DNA of 56,728 nucleotides, filler included, from Catajapyx aquilonaris (lineage: Eukaryota): NCBI GenBank assembly GCA_000934665.2. It is 3 parts of 3 records of this genome, joined end to end, with 100 filler letters (N's around TTAATTAATTAA, not from the genome) between each part and the next. Parts side by side here need not be neighbours in the genome. Positions count along the whole stretch, not along the records: positions 1 to 18,886 come from JYFJ02006594.1; positions 18,987 to 37,830 come from JYFJ02006595.1; 1 more part is not named here. One strand, 5' to 3'. The position numbers and the translations under genes are program-made. This document shows positions 11,757 to 24,388 of this stretch, one piece after another (position 1 is the stretch's first letter; each line of letters begins with the position of its first letter). The notes under the pieces were generated by a model. That model saw only the letters and a list, made by a program, of their open reading frames with translations. It was not told the origin of the DNA and did not search any database.

Positions 11757-12878
11757 CTACTCCTTTGTGTGAACCCTCATATGCTTTTTCAAACTTCCTG
11801 ATTCACTAAACTTTCTCCCACAAACCTTGCAACAGAATGGCTTCTCCCCTGTGTGGGTTCTCATGTGGCTATTCAAATCTCCTGACTGAGTAAACTTTTT
11901 CATGCAAATTATGCAACTGAATGGCTTCTCCCCTGTGTGAGTTCTCATATGTTTACTCAAATTTGCTGCATGACTAAACTTTCTCTTGCAAACTGAGCAA
12001 CTGAATGGCTTCTCCCCTGTGTGGGTTCTCATGTGTATATTCAAACTTACTGACTGACTAAACTTTCTCTTGCAAACTTGGCAACTGAATGGCTTCTCCC
12101 CTGTGTGGGTTCTCATGTGTACATTCAAATTTACTGACGCACTAAACTTTCTCTTGCAAATTGAGCAACTGAATGGCTTCTCCCCTGTGTGGGTCCTCAT
12201 GTGTATATTCAAACTTACTGACTGACTAAACTTTCTCTTNGTTCTCATGTGCAAATTCAAACTTGCTGACAGACTAAACATTTTCTTGCAAATTGAGCAA
12301 CTGAATGGCTTCTCCCCTGTGTGGGTCCTCATGTGGACAGTCAAACTTCCTGACCTACTAAACTTTCTCTTGCAAACTTGGCAACTGAATGGCTTCTCCC
12401 CTGTGTGGGTCCTCATGTGCTTATTCAAATCTCCAGAGTGTGTAAACTTTCTCTTGCAAACTTGGCAACTGAATGGCTTCTCCCCAGTGTGAGTCCTCAT
12501 GTGTTCATTCAAATTTCCTGACACACTAAACTTTCTCCCACAAACCTTGCAACTGAATGGCTTCCCCCCTGTGTGGGTTCTCATGTGTATATTCAGCGTT
12601 CCTGACTCACTAAACTTTCTCTTGCAAATTGAGCAACTGAATGGCTTTTCCCCTGTGTGAACCCTCATGTGTATATTCAAACTTCCTGACTGACTAAACT
12701 TTCTCTTGCAAACCTTGCAACTGAATGGCTTCTCCCCTGTGTGGGTTCTCAAGTGAGTTCGCAAATTTCTCCTTGTACTAAACTTTTTCTTGCAAATCTG
12801 GCAAATATTCCCCTCCATTTCCGTCCGCCGCTTTTCTTCCTGGATCACCTTCTTCACATCCTCTTGAGCACATTCATC
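11757..12878 (-). CDS. Terminal exon of a tandem C2H2 zinc-finger protein (~13 fingers, TGEKPF linkers)
   Basis: Repeated CxxC-x12-HxxxH with HTGEKPFSC linkers; acceptor tttcag just upstream of 12878 on the minus strand; an N at 12240 joins fingers 7 and 8; upstream exons not identified. Confidence 0.92.
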   Translation of the reverse strand, partial: DECAQEDVKKVIQEEKRRTEMEGNICQICKKKFSTRRNLRTHLRTHTGEKPFSCKVCKRKFSQSGSLNIHMRVHTGEKPFSCSICKRKFSESGTLNIHMRTHTGGKPFSCKVCGRKFSVSGNLNEHMRTHTGEKPFSCQVCKRKFTHSGDLNKHMRTHTGEKPFSCQVCKRKFSRSGSLTVHMRTHTGEKPFSCSICKKMFSLSASLNLHMRXKRKFSQSVSLNIHMRTHTGEKPFSCSICKRKFSASVNLNVHMRTHTGEKPFSCQVCKRKFSQSVSLNIHMRTHTGEKPFSCSVCKRKFSHAANLSKHMRTHTGEKPFSCIICMKKFTQSGDLNSHMRTHTGEKPFCCKVCGRKFSESGSLKKHMRVHTKE

Positions 12879-12946
12879 CTGAAATTGGCAAATATGAGCG
12901 CATTCAACTCAAGAAATCAACGCATGCGTTCATAATAATTACACAT

Positions 12947-12990
12947 GGAGAGGGAGGGAGAGGGAGGGAGGGAGGGAGGGAGGGTGGGGG
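12947..12990. repeat. (GGGA)n microsatellite
   Basis: gagggagggagagggaggga... run. Confidence 0.85.
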
Positions 12991-13459
12991 GAAAAGCTGC
13001 TTGAGTGCATGTATTTCATAGTTGGAAGCAACTAAGGCATTTCGCCATGCAAGATGAGACTGGAGAAGTGAGTTTCGTGGAATGGGGTAGGGAGGACATA
13101 GTCGGAGTGATTGAATTGAACTCATTCTTATAATGTACCTTATAATCTAGCAAGATACACAACACAGCAGGATGTTAAAGAACTACGTGACCACTCGGTT
13201 GTGACCTGAGATGACCTTGAGGGTCAAACACATGCTGTCACCATTACTTCCGCTTTTAGTGTCAACAAACACTTTGAAAAATCAAAATGAAACTGCTGTC
13301 ACTATTCACTGAAGCTTCTCTGTCCATTTTCACTAATTTTGGCCTCATTTTTACTTATTGTGGGCTAATTCCATGCGTTAGTTACATGACATGACAGTCA
13401 GTTTGTACGTAACGTTTCATTTTTAAAAGCACAAACTTAGCATGGGTCGCCTCCATGAC

Positions 13460-13581
13460 CGCCAAATTCCCTGAGCGCCATGAACACTCATTTTCCCTGA
13501 GCGCCAAATTCCCTGAGCGCCATGAACACTCATTTTCCCTGAGCGCCAAATTCCCTGAGCGCCACTTTCCCTGAGCGCCAA
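13460..13581. repeat. 42-bp minisatellite, ~2.9 copies
   Basis: unit cgccaaattccctgagcgccatgaacactcattttccctgag. Confidence 0.9.
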
Positions 13582-14128
13582 AACAGGTCATTTAGGCAGG
13601 GTGCCAACCCCGGGTAGACGTCAGGATCATGTGAGAATATTATGTGGGAATAGCAGTGATATAAGCTGCTACTTTATGGCCCACTTCCTAAATTGGTCGC
13701 CATTTTGGATCCGAATCTAGCAGCTTATGATTGTTAGCGGATTAAGGCTGATAACAGCTTAGAGTAACTCTAACTCATGACTTATTCGCATGACGGAGGC
13801 GTCGCGTCGCGTCGTAGGTGGCGCAAGAGGCGGGCGGGGATGCATCAGGAGCTAGGAGCCTATCCGGAGTACTATAATCCGGGTATAAGGTTTCAATGTA
13901 GGACGGTAACTGGTACTGTACCTGTAGTCAAAAATTTGGTTGCACTCCATCCCAATGACCTCTGCCACGTCCCCCAATATGGCAATAGGGCCTGGCATGG
14001 TCTAAAGCTGAATTTTTCTAAGAACGCAACCGAGTGCGCGTCCCAAAAAATGGTCTAGCTGTTATGGACAGAAAAATGAGTACGCTATATCAGGAGTGAA
14101 ACAACATAAGGTGGGTGTCCGGCGAGTC

Positions 14129-14497
14129 CCTGATATGCCATGCTAAGGTGTGAGATTTTTTCTAGCCGCCATGTTGAAAAAAAAATCAAACCCATTTTTT
14201 TTGTAATCGTTCCCAGACTAATGGATTTTCACAATAAAAATTTTATTCCCCATGAAAACAGTTCTACTGCCCCCCCCCCCCCAAAAAAGTCCAAAAGTCT
14301 ACCAAGTGGCCATATCAGGAACATGTGCACATGATTACCCTTGTTCCATGTTCCTGATATGGCCACTTGGTAGACTTTTGGACTTTTGTGGGGGGGGGGG
14401 GGCAGTAGAACTGTTTTCATGGGNAAAAAATGGGTTTGATTTTTTTTTTCAACATGGCGGCGAGAAAAAATCTCACACCTTAGCATGGCATATCAGG
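14129..14497. mobile_element. Palindromic MITE-like element (arms ~14129-14325 / 14347-14497)
   Basis: cctgatatgccatgctaaggtgtgaga...tctcacaccttagcatggcatatcagg; mirror ORFs; followed by catatcagg tandem copies; contains an N at 14424. Confidence 0.75.
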
Positions 14498-15190
14498 CAT
14501 ATCAGGCATATCAGGCATCTTGGCATTTTCACGATAATTTATTTTTATGGTCCCCGGGTGTGCCCCATTGTCGTATTAAAATTTCAGACTTGCAGCATTT
14601 TCCTGTGCCGAACTAGAAAATGCAGAAGTGTAGAGTACGAATTGGATCCAGTAAAGATACACGGCAGTGCGAGACGTAAGAGTAAATGAGAGAAGGGGCT
14701 ATAGTGCGTGTCAGTGGCGGTGGAAGTGGCTGAGACTTGGCGGATGCACTGCCGTGCATCTTGATATATTCATGTTTACATAGAAACATATGCCCTACTT
14801 CACGTCAGCATATAATTATTCTGACGTGAAGTATTGCAAAATCTGTAATCAATCAGCATTAAACGTCTTCGTACAGAACCCAATTTTTCCAGTCTGGCCT
14901 CACTTACCGATGGTAAAAAGAGGGATCCGCACAATCTAACATTAGCGGCTAGTGTATTTGAAGACCTTGGGGGAAGAACAATCAAGGCGCACTTTTTGCC
15001 AAATATGAGTCACATACCTCAGAAGATAGTTTCACTCGGTTTCACTAGTGTACAAAATATGATGGTTTGGTTGTGGTTGTGGAGTAATGATCGTAGTCCA
15101 CTATGGAAGGCCCCAAAAGTGGGATTAAACAAGAACCTTCGAAATTTGAAATTGGAATATCTCAGTTTCACCTGAGGTGGACCTTGATCG

Positions 15191-15193
<3 letters not shown>

Positions 15194-15232
<39 letters not shown>
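15194..15232. repeat. (CT)n microsatellite
   Basis: direct reading. Confidence 0.95.
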
Positions 15233-15234
<2 letters not shown>

Positions 15235-15737
15235 GCCCCCCCCCTCCCCCCGAGGTGTTCGTTTGATAACCATGTAGAGCAGGGGTCTCATACTTGATTT
15301 GATAGAGGGCCACATTAGCTTACGTGAACTTTAGTGCCGGCCGCGAATATCAGCGCCACAGGAGAAATTTTTTGTGTGTTCAAGGTCACACAAGTTTAGG
15401 TGAATGTAACTGACAAAAGTACAGTAGAATCCTAAAATCCAAGATGTGCATATTTAAAAATCCCTAACAGATGGCAAGTTACTCTCGTCACTTTCAGAAG
15501 GACTCACTTACCTCTTCATTTTTAATAATCCTGATGCACAAATCACTGCTGCGATGCGCGAATCGGTGGGAATACACTGATGACTAATCAGCACGACAGG
15601 GTATAAAGCACAGCTAAAGAGTAACTTGGCAGGATGGGCCCAAGATGAGGACTGATTCTTTTCGTCCCAGTTTCTTTTCTCTTTTCCCCCAAAACCAGGC
15701 GACCTAGGCACCGCAACGCTAGCGTGGGGTATAATAA

Positions 15738-16482
15738 ATCTAACCAAAAACGGACTCGTAAAAAAACCGCCAAGTCCTTAGCCACTCCGCCTAAAAAGTC
15801 GTGAGATCATGGGTGGACACCAAGCCTCTTTGTGAGACTATAGATTAAGTCAAGTTACTTGGCTCACGATTGGAGACTATAGACTTACAACTCGTAGACT
15901 TGGCGCATGGTTCGAGACTATAGACTAAGGCGAGCGACTTGACTCACGGGGAATTATACCGGTACAAGGTGTTTCACAACTCTTGCCCAAAACTTTGAGG
16001 TTGAACTCGTGTGCACCAGTGGATCACTTTACATAGAGCAGGTGAAGCGATTCACTGGTGCTCAGGAGTTCACCCTAGAAGTTTTGGACGCGCGTTGAGA
16101 AACACCCTGTATGGTTTGACGGGGGAATTTGTTACTACATGAGTAGGCTATACGGTATTAAGGAATTGCGGTTTGGATATTACAGCAGTAAATGGAAGGC
16201 GTGTAACAGTCATTGGTTGATCAGAAACTACTAAATTTTATCATTAAGCTGCCTATTGCTCTTCATACCCGGTGAACCAAGTGGCTCAACCTTAGTCTAT
16301 AGTCTCGAACCATGCGCCAAGTCTACGAGTTGTAAGTCTATAGTCTCCAATCGTGTGCCAAGTAACTTGACTTAATATATAGTCTCACAAAGAGGCTTGG
16401 TGTCCACCCATGATCTCACGACTTTTTTAGGCGGAGTGGCTAAGGACTTGGCGGTTTTTTACGAGTCCGTTTTTGGTTAGAT
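15738..16482. mobile_element. MITE with ~190-bp TIRs, related to the element at 565-1321
   Basis: atctaaccaaaaacggactcgtaaaaaaaccgccaagtc...agactaagg inverted at 16290-16482; shares actcgtaaaaaa, ccactccgcc, aaagtcgtgagatc and ggtggac.ccaagcct blocks with 565-1321. Confidence 0.85.
15965..16109. mobile_element. 145-bp Tc1/mariner-type MITE nested in the previous element
   Basis: TA|caaggtgtttcacaac...gttgagaaacaccctg|TA, imperfect palindrome. Confidence 0.75.
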
Positions 16483-18189
16483 CTCAAGACTTTTTGTGCA
16501 GTTTCAGTAAATAAGGAATGATATTTTCTCCGGTGCACAGGAAAATACGATATAAAGTGTGGAATTCATAGGTTTTTATTTTCAAAGTGTCAGAGGACAC
16601 ACATGACATGTTTGTAAGAGGGCCGCCCATGCCATGCTCTTCCAAACATTATTCCAACACCCCAAACCAACAACTCCCCCATCATACACATCTACCTGTT
16701 TCCGTGACATTAGGAGGTCTACTTTGTGATTTGTCTAATATTATGTCCGAGTCTGTTGTATTCCAGTATAAGGAGTTTCTATTGGGTTAGCTTTTCCTTG
16801 GGTATGGTCGACGTTGATTATATGGATTCCGTCAATTGTTGTGGCACGAGCCAAGGCTACGTAGGTTTGGCCGCAACAGAAAAGTGATGAGCCGATGTCG
16901 ATTAGGGCAGTGTCTAAGCTCGAGCCGTGACTCTTGTGAATTGTGATGCCGTGTAAGCTATCGTTATAGGGAACTGTTTTCTATACGCTTAGACGAATGC
17001 TTTTGTTGTAACTTCAAATTTGCTCTTCACAGGCCCTAAATCGCATTCCAATCCGAAAGAAAGTTGAATTTTTATGGATTTTACTTTATTTTTGGAGCGT
17101 CTGGGTCGTACATATAACACTCACTGTCAGTACGGTACCCACTGCACCGAAGAGTAACATCAATGTTTCTTGTTAACATAATCTTTGTGCCAAGTTTAAT
17201 ATAGTAATGTTTTTTTTTTCTAAACCAGCCGTATTAGATTAGAACAATCCTCTTCGTACTTTTTGAGTATAGCCTATTGACTGGAGCATAGATCTGGGAC
17301 AGTCCAACGGGTCCTCAGCTTCCAGGATGATCTCAGGAGAGTTCGTAGCTTCAAGTGTGGCTTTATGTAAGGCTTTGCACAATGTGGTTGGTTGGCAGCA
17401 AACAAAAAAATATTGCATCTTCTGGCAGGCTGGATAATTGCCTCGTAAGTTGATCGAAGCAGCCAGTAGGATCAGTCGACGTGATATTCACGTGTCTCTC
17501 AGTAAGTATGGTACCTGGATATCGTTATTAGAAATTATTCCCAAGCATACACGATAAAGCACAAATTCACTATTACTTTGCTGTCTCATATTATTTTATT
17601 GTTAGTTCATCAACAATCGATCAGCAATCGATCAACAATGTTAATAATCAGATCGATGGTTAGTGCATCAACAATCAATCAGCAATGTTAGTAATGAAAT
17701 CAATTGTTAGTTCATCAACAATCGATCAACAATGGCTTAGATGCAATGTTCTTTTTTCTCTAATACCTGTAATAAGTTGTCGGGTGCCTAATAATTTTTA
17801 TTTATGGAGTTGTTCCCCTTGGTTTGAGATTTCCATACGGTTCCATTTTGTCTCTCCTGATCAATAATGGCTGTTTAAATTTATTAAAAAGCTGGCATCT
17901 CGAATCAAGATGGCATATTCCTAATGTTCATATATTAAGTAGTAGCCCTTGTTTTGAGGATTTCAGATCAGTTTCCATTATGTCTCTGCGATCAGTAATG
18001 GCTGATTTACGATTTTTTTAAGATTCGAAATGCCCGCCATCTAGAATCTAGATGATCGAGTTCCAGTTTCGGACTTTTCCCTAGTGTCCCAGACCGTAAC
18101 CTATCTTTATGCCAAATTTGGTGCCTCTATGATAGCTGTAAGTACATGATCAATTTGATTATCACCACCTATATATGTATAATATATAT

Positions 18190-18886
18190 GAGGCATTCCA
18201 CGTCAACTGGACCCCCCTCCCCGACAAATCTTTTCCGATTTCGACCAAAACCGAGTATGTTGTAGTACCCATGTATCTATGCAAGTGCCTCATTTTGTTT
18301 GTCCCTGCGACTCGTGGTTGCATAACTACAGGGTGGGAAAGATACGGATATTTGCCAATTTTGGCTCGGTCCGCCATCAGTTGGAGGGCCATAACTTCGC
18401 AAGATTGTAACATATCCGAAATGTGATTAATGGGACTGTAAGCTATTTCAACACCCCTTCAGGTGGTGGAACATATATGTGTGAAAAAGCAACATTTCGA
18501 ATTAAAGATGGCGTCCAAATGTTAGATTTGCATTTTCCCCATCGATGGACAGTTTTAAAAAATTTTGAATTGCGCTTAAAATGAAGATTGAAATGTTATA
18601 TTGAGATGTAGGCAAAATCTGGCTGGACGATTTTTGATTTTAATTGATTGGACACATTTTTATAAGGCCCAGCGCTGTCGCCCTGCAATTATTTTGCTTC
18701 CAGTGCACAGTGTAGTGGTTGATTGTGGATTTGTGCAATACTGATGGTGACCTGTGTGGCATTCCAGTTTTACTTTAGGAACATCACCAGGGGACAGCCT
18801 AGAGACAGGTCGCTGCCCCTCAAAAATCTCGAAAAACTCCTAAATTCCCTCAGGCATTTGCGGTGCATGTTTAGAAGGGAGTCCTG
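18190..18886. mobile_element. DNA transposon terminus GAGGCATTCCACGT (possibly Sola-like); related end at ~52640-52760
   Basis: gaggcattccacgt...ccgatttcgaccaaaaccgagtatgttgtagtacccat matches the reverse complement of 52660-52760; both flanked by ATAT; superfamily is a guess. Confidence 0.45.
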
Positions 18887-18986
18887 NNNNNNNNNNNNNN
18901 NNNNNNNNNNNNNNNNNNNNNNNNNNNNNNTTAATTAATTAANNNNNNNNNNNNNNNNNNNNNNNNNNNNNNNNNNNNNNNNNNNN
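18887..18986. other. Artificial contig spacer N44-TTAATTAATTAA-N44
   Basis: 100 bp exactly, six-frame stop linker, identical to 37831-37930. Confidence 0.97.
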
Positions 18987-19397
18987 GGGCGCATGCGCAC
19001 TTACTTCAGGGGGCGTGGCACCTGATTTGCCGAACATCCAAACAGCCCAGGAAGTCAGATTTCTGAATTGCCGAATACGCCTATAATTAACAAACAAATT
19101 ATTGTTATGGATGCAGCAGTGTTGCCAATGCAAAATGCCCAAAAATTCCGCGGGAGGACCTGAAAATACCCGATTTTACCCGCATTTTCATTTTACCCGC
19201 ACCATTACCCGCAAGCGTCCGAAATACGGCACCGAAATACCCGAACGTTGGCATATCACTGGGATGCAGCACAGGCGGGTAGGGGGGTCTCTCAGTTTGG
19301 CCGTTCGTTCGGCAATAATCTTCTGAGGGGCAGGGCTAACAACTCAGATATCACGTGACGCATCTCAGAATAATCTGAATTGCCGAATACGCCTATT
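18987..19397. mobile_element. Transposon-end fragments (tctgaattgccgaatacgcctat twice) abutting IR1
   Basis: direct repeat at 19062-19084 and 19374-19396; ttcggcaat at ~19308 is inverted to attgccgaa. Confidence 0.5.
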
Positions 19398-20841
19398 GTC
19401 AGGAATGGTACTCACCTGAGCCTGCAGACCATCTGCTGTTACTGCAAGGAAGGAGGTGTCCCTACCACCACGACAATGCCGGGGTATCCAACGCCGTACA
19501 AGAGGGGCAAGGACTTGTTTCCAGACACGACCAGGAACATGAGGGGATTGTTGTGGCGATACCCTTTCTACGAGCAGGTGGACTCCCATGTTGCTCGACG
19601 TAAGCTGGAAGTGATGGGTCGACATCATTTGACAGGTCTGGAGAAAGCGGCGTTGCTCATCGACGAGGCAATTGGAGTTCATATGATGACAATAGAGCCG
19701 GCGGAGGTCGAGCAGTGGGATTACCAGATGCCCAATGGTACCTGGACAGGAAGCGTGGCCTTTGTGAGATCCGGAAAGTATGAAGGTGGTGCAGTCTTCG
19801 TGGTCAGCAGAGAGGCGTACCTGTACGCTGACATATCCAATCTAGGGTTGGAAAGCTACCTGACCTTCGTGACCGATCTGCCTGGAGGACATATCCAATG
19901 GAATCTTCTGGTTCTGCCTTTGACCCGAGGGTCATGGGTGGGTCTTCTGTTGACCACCCTGATCTGTGGGGTTGCCCTCTGTCTGCTCCTGAGACGAGAG
20001 TCAATCAAAGCATCTCTCTCATACTGTTTGGCCAACCTTGCCCGGATCATCCTGGAGCAACCCGAGTCCCTACCGGATCTTGCCAAAGTCAGGATGCTAA
20101 TCGGCTCCTTTTGGATCATGGCAGTCGTGGTCACCTGTGGCTACCGGAGCAAGTTTGTGGAGATGCTGACCATCCCTGAGATGGAGAAGCTGCCAGAGGA
20201 TCTTACCGGCTTATTCTACGCCGGATACCAGATCCTGATGCCTGTTATCAACACCATGATACTGAAGCAGGTAACTTATTGTTGGTAATGAAGACGATAA
20301 CAATGCTGTTGACCCCATGTTCATATGCAACTCTTTTTTTGTCCTTCTATAGTTGTCAGCCTCCATAACAAATCCGTATCACATCCGGATGCTGAACGAG
20401 TCAGATCTTCTCCCAAACTTCAGATCATGTATGGATGAAGTTGTGGGGACACATGGAGTCGCTTGTCTGATGTACAACCTGATGATGGACCAAGAGCTGA
20501 GCCACTACTACACTTCAACTGGCGAACCTCTTCTGCAGGTGGCTCCTGCTAAGGAGTATCCTCTACAAGGGAAACTGGCGTTTCCTAAAGGAGGGTTGTA
20601 CAACCAAGCTTTCTTTGATTTGCTCCATATGGGGTTCGAATCAGGGTCGATTGACCACTTCTTTGACGAGCAGAAGAGGGTCACTGCGTACATGAATTTT
20701 AACGAGGTGGGTGACCCTGAAATTGAGTCAGGTCATGGGCCAGAGGTGCTGCGGATGCACGATTTGAAGGTTATTTTCTCGTTCTGGGTGGCCTCCATTT
20801 CTGCTTCTCTGTGTGTGATGCTAATCGAAATGTGTTACTAA
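19398..20841 (+). CDS. Divergent ionotropic receptor IR1, 5'-incomplete; exons ~19398-20270 and 20353-20841
   Basis: PNGTWTGSVAFV (S1), LVLPLTRGSWVGLL (M1), RMLIGSFWIMAVVVTCGYRSKFVEMLTIP (M3), terminal TM helix; phase-0 GT-AG intron 20271-20352. Confidence 0.82.
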
Positions 20842-21677
20842 AGAGATTTAAATACTCGCATCTAACACCAGCCTGTAAAAAATATTAACTATGGGTATGT
20901 ATAGCCTATAGGCGCATATTAAGTGTATTAAGTTAGTTAACCCAGATATGGCTGAATTATTTTTTAACATTAAAAAAAATATTTTATGATCTAATTAACA
21001 TAATAGTGTGCATAAAGTGCCCTGTGCAAGAAGTGTCCTATATGTATAGGACATTTACATATCTGGGTTATGCAGCGTACGTATGTTCATTTTAAATAAT
21101 AACCCATAATTATTGCAATATCTGTGCAAGTGTAGAAAATAGTCTTTGGATTAGCTATGTACAGTACTAGTCGACACAACCTAGAAATGTGAAAGGTCAA
21201 GAGCAAACAATGTCACGTACCAATCAATGCGAAATTGCACGTGAATAATTAGTGCAAGTGTCTCTCGGACAGGTTGGAACATTCACAGCATTTCCTTCAA
21301 GTATGGAGCACTGTGTCAGATGATGAATATTTAACAACTGACGTATGTATCATACCATATGAAATAAATAAAAATATCCTCGAACTGTCCTACAGAAGTG
21401 ACATTATTTACAATAAGGCATAAAGGGTTTTATGTTCTAAAAATCAGGGACATTGAAAATTTTTTTGCATCTTTATTCAACTGCAATGCATAAACAGTAC
21501 TGTACATATAATTATGACAATGTACTATTCATGTGCCTGCGTGCTGCTTGAAACATGTCACTGTCATGATTCATATCGAAAATAATTACTGCCCACTGAC
21601 ACCTTCCAAGTCATTATGCCACGTCCACCTCGGTCTGATTTTGAACTGCGTAGAACAAGAGGCCAGTATTGCGAAAA

Positions 21678-23732
21678 ATGGACATCATGTACGCTGCCGC
21701 CTTTATCCAACTCCTGCTGCTACACCATGTAAGTAGTTTTCAGTTGTTCAAAACCTGTTAAATGTTGATTACATTAATTTTATGACAGGTCCATGGTGAT
21801 GTCAAGTTGAAACAGGCGACTACTGAAGACTCTGAGTTGACTAGATTGATCCGGCATATTCTGGAGACTAAATATCCCAAGTGCTCCTTGGGGTTGGGAA
21901 TGGATTATCCGGATTTGAGCCCGGGTTTGCAGGATGTGATTGTGTGGAGCAACAGACACCGACCTGTTGTGATCAGTCGGATGGACTCGTTTCAGTACGA
22001 CCCTTCAGAGTATCCGTGGATATGGAAACATGAGCATCTGCTATCCTTCAGAACACAACCGCCTGAACTCAGATCCAGGTTGTGGCCTGGAGGATCCTGC
22101 GCTTTCAACCTGATCCTGGCTCGAAACACATCAAGTGTACCAGAGCTGATCATGCACACTGCAGCACACTTCATGATCAGGAATATAAAAGATCCCGTCA
22201 TGATCCACGTCCACGGTAACTCAACTCCACATCTTCTGACTGATCCTTTGAATGGAATCACGTTCAAACTACTCACACAGTTTGATCATACATTGCTGTT
22301 ACATACTGTGTGCTACTTCTGCAACTCAGGTCATCACGATGTGAACCCACCGTTTGAACCATACACCGGACCTGACATGTTTCCATCCCCTCCTAGGAAC
22401 ATGAACGGTCGTAAGTGGCTCATAGGCAACATGGACGAAATCGCCTTGGAAGGTGCAAGATCGCGGAAGAAACAGGGTGAACAACTGACCTTTGCTGAGA
22501 CAGCAGTTCTTCTGATCGAATCCGTGAGTAACGCACACATTGAGGTGGTTGTGCCTGACATATCCTCATCAGAATTTTACCAGAACGGAAGCCTGGCTGG
22601 TATGACCAAACCAGTATTGTCCAAAGAGGTGTCGATGATGCTTATTACACTCAACACCGAGGTGTCAGCCAAAGCTCTGATGCTGACAAATCCACTGGTA
22701 TTCTGGCACGTCACGTTCGTCACAAGGTATCCAAGACTTGAGATCAAATGGTACGTGATCATCAAGCCATTCTCTCTCGGTATGTGGGCCACACTTGCAA
22801 TGTCCATCGGATTCTCAGCCATTTGTCTCCAAATATTCGAACGGTCCAGTCGCAGATTCCACATGTTCAAAATGGTGTTTCAACGTGTGGTGATGAACGC
22901 TAAGATGATGACCCGGTTGTTGCTGGAACAGACACACTTTCCAGCACACACTGGAAGCTCTGTTGGTATGCTACTGTCGTTCCTGTTGTTCTTCGCCACT
23001 ATCGTAACATGCGCGTATAGGACCAAACTAGTGGCTTTCATTACATACCCGCCGACAGAAAGGTTGCCAGAAACCGCAAAGGAACTGACTGACTCCACTA
23101 TGCGGTTGGGAATCACTTCTTTGATCGCAATCCTGGCTGGAATATTCCTTCAGGACGTACCGGCCTCCCATCCGCATCGACAGATCCTACAAAGAGCCGA
23201 AATCAGCGAGACAATACACGACTGTCTGCACAAGACACAAACAGGGTACTTCGCATGTGTCCTGCCAAACGCGGATTACCAGAGAGAACGGTACTACTTC
23301 ATGGACGAAAAAGGACACTTAGGGATTCTCAAGTCGCCTTCGAACATCCTCAACGTCTTCTTGGGATCCGGATTCGGACGAGACGACATATATTTTGACC
23401 ACTTCAACTTCATGGCCATCCACGCGTTTGAAGCGAGCATCATAAGACACCTTGAGGATCACGTCAATTACCGGATGTTTCTGAAGAATTATTTCGAGAA
23501 GAGGAAGGCCAATCCGGAGGTACCCTTCTTTGAGTACAGGAGTCTACTCGATTTTGATAGACTCGCGTCCAGCCTGGGGATGTGGCTTGTTGGGATGGTT
23601 CTGTCGTGTCTTGTGTTGTTTGCTGAAATGTGTGGTGTCAAGAGCAGACACTCAAAAGGACGAGTCATTCAGGTTGAAAGTAAGCCTGAAACACCCTCCG
23701 ACTTATCACAACCAAGTGTTTCACATGATTGA
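21678..23732 (+). CDS. Divergent ionotropic receptor IR2; join(21678-21728,21789-23732)
   Basis: Signal-peptide exon MDIMYAAAFIQLLLLHH|VHG in frame through a GT-AG intron; NGSLAGM, IIKPFSLGMWATL, TIVTCAYRTKLVAFITYP, C-terminal TM. Confidence 0.88.
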
Positions 23733-24388
23733 TCTTTTGTCTAATTAATAATTATAAACACAGTCAGAAATAACTTCTTTCCTGTACATTTCTGTCAATC
23801 TTACCTCCTGATTGTTTTGCTTAATTTTTTTTCTTACATAACAAGCACATTCTAAATACTCGTACATTCATTACAATATCTGCTGGCGCTGTTGTGTTCT
23901 ATACTGCGCATAACCGTCCATGGATAAGGTCCGGAGCAACAAGGCCACGTAGCAATCAATACCTAATTACAGCACATGAATACTGCTCACTCACTACATT
24001 TCCACTGAGTATCGAGAAGCCGGATTGTCCTGGGTTCGATCCCACATCTCGTGCGGAGTTCGGGTCGTCTCCGGCTCCGTCTCAGGTGGAAATGTCCGTC
24101 AGACTAACCATTCGGGGAAGATCACAAATTGACATGCGCTGTATGACAGCTTTTATTATTTTACAGTAGGCCTACTTACAATGTTCCTTTACATGTGTGT
24201 AATGGATATAATACATACTTATGTTATACTTACTAGTAGATTGATGTATAATAATTACATGCACATAATAAATGACAGAGGAAAGTTGTGTCGACGTTAT
24301 TGAGCACTTTCAATAGTACTTGGTATGTCAGATATGGTTCAACTTCATAATTAATTTTTTTTGACCTCTATGTATCTACGACTGGTTT

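Noticed and set aside
13460..13581. Short regular repeats resembling a CRISPR array
   Set aside because: Intervening sequences are identical rather than unique spacers; eukaryotic context; no cas genes
17230..17530. Coding-like minus-strand stretch
   Set aside because: No recognisable domain; frame broken
18931..18942. TTAATTAATTAA as a piggyBac target or regulatory site
   Set aside because: Centred in Ns and repeated identically; an assembly linker
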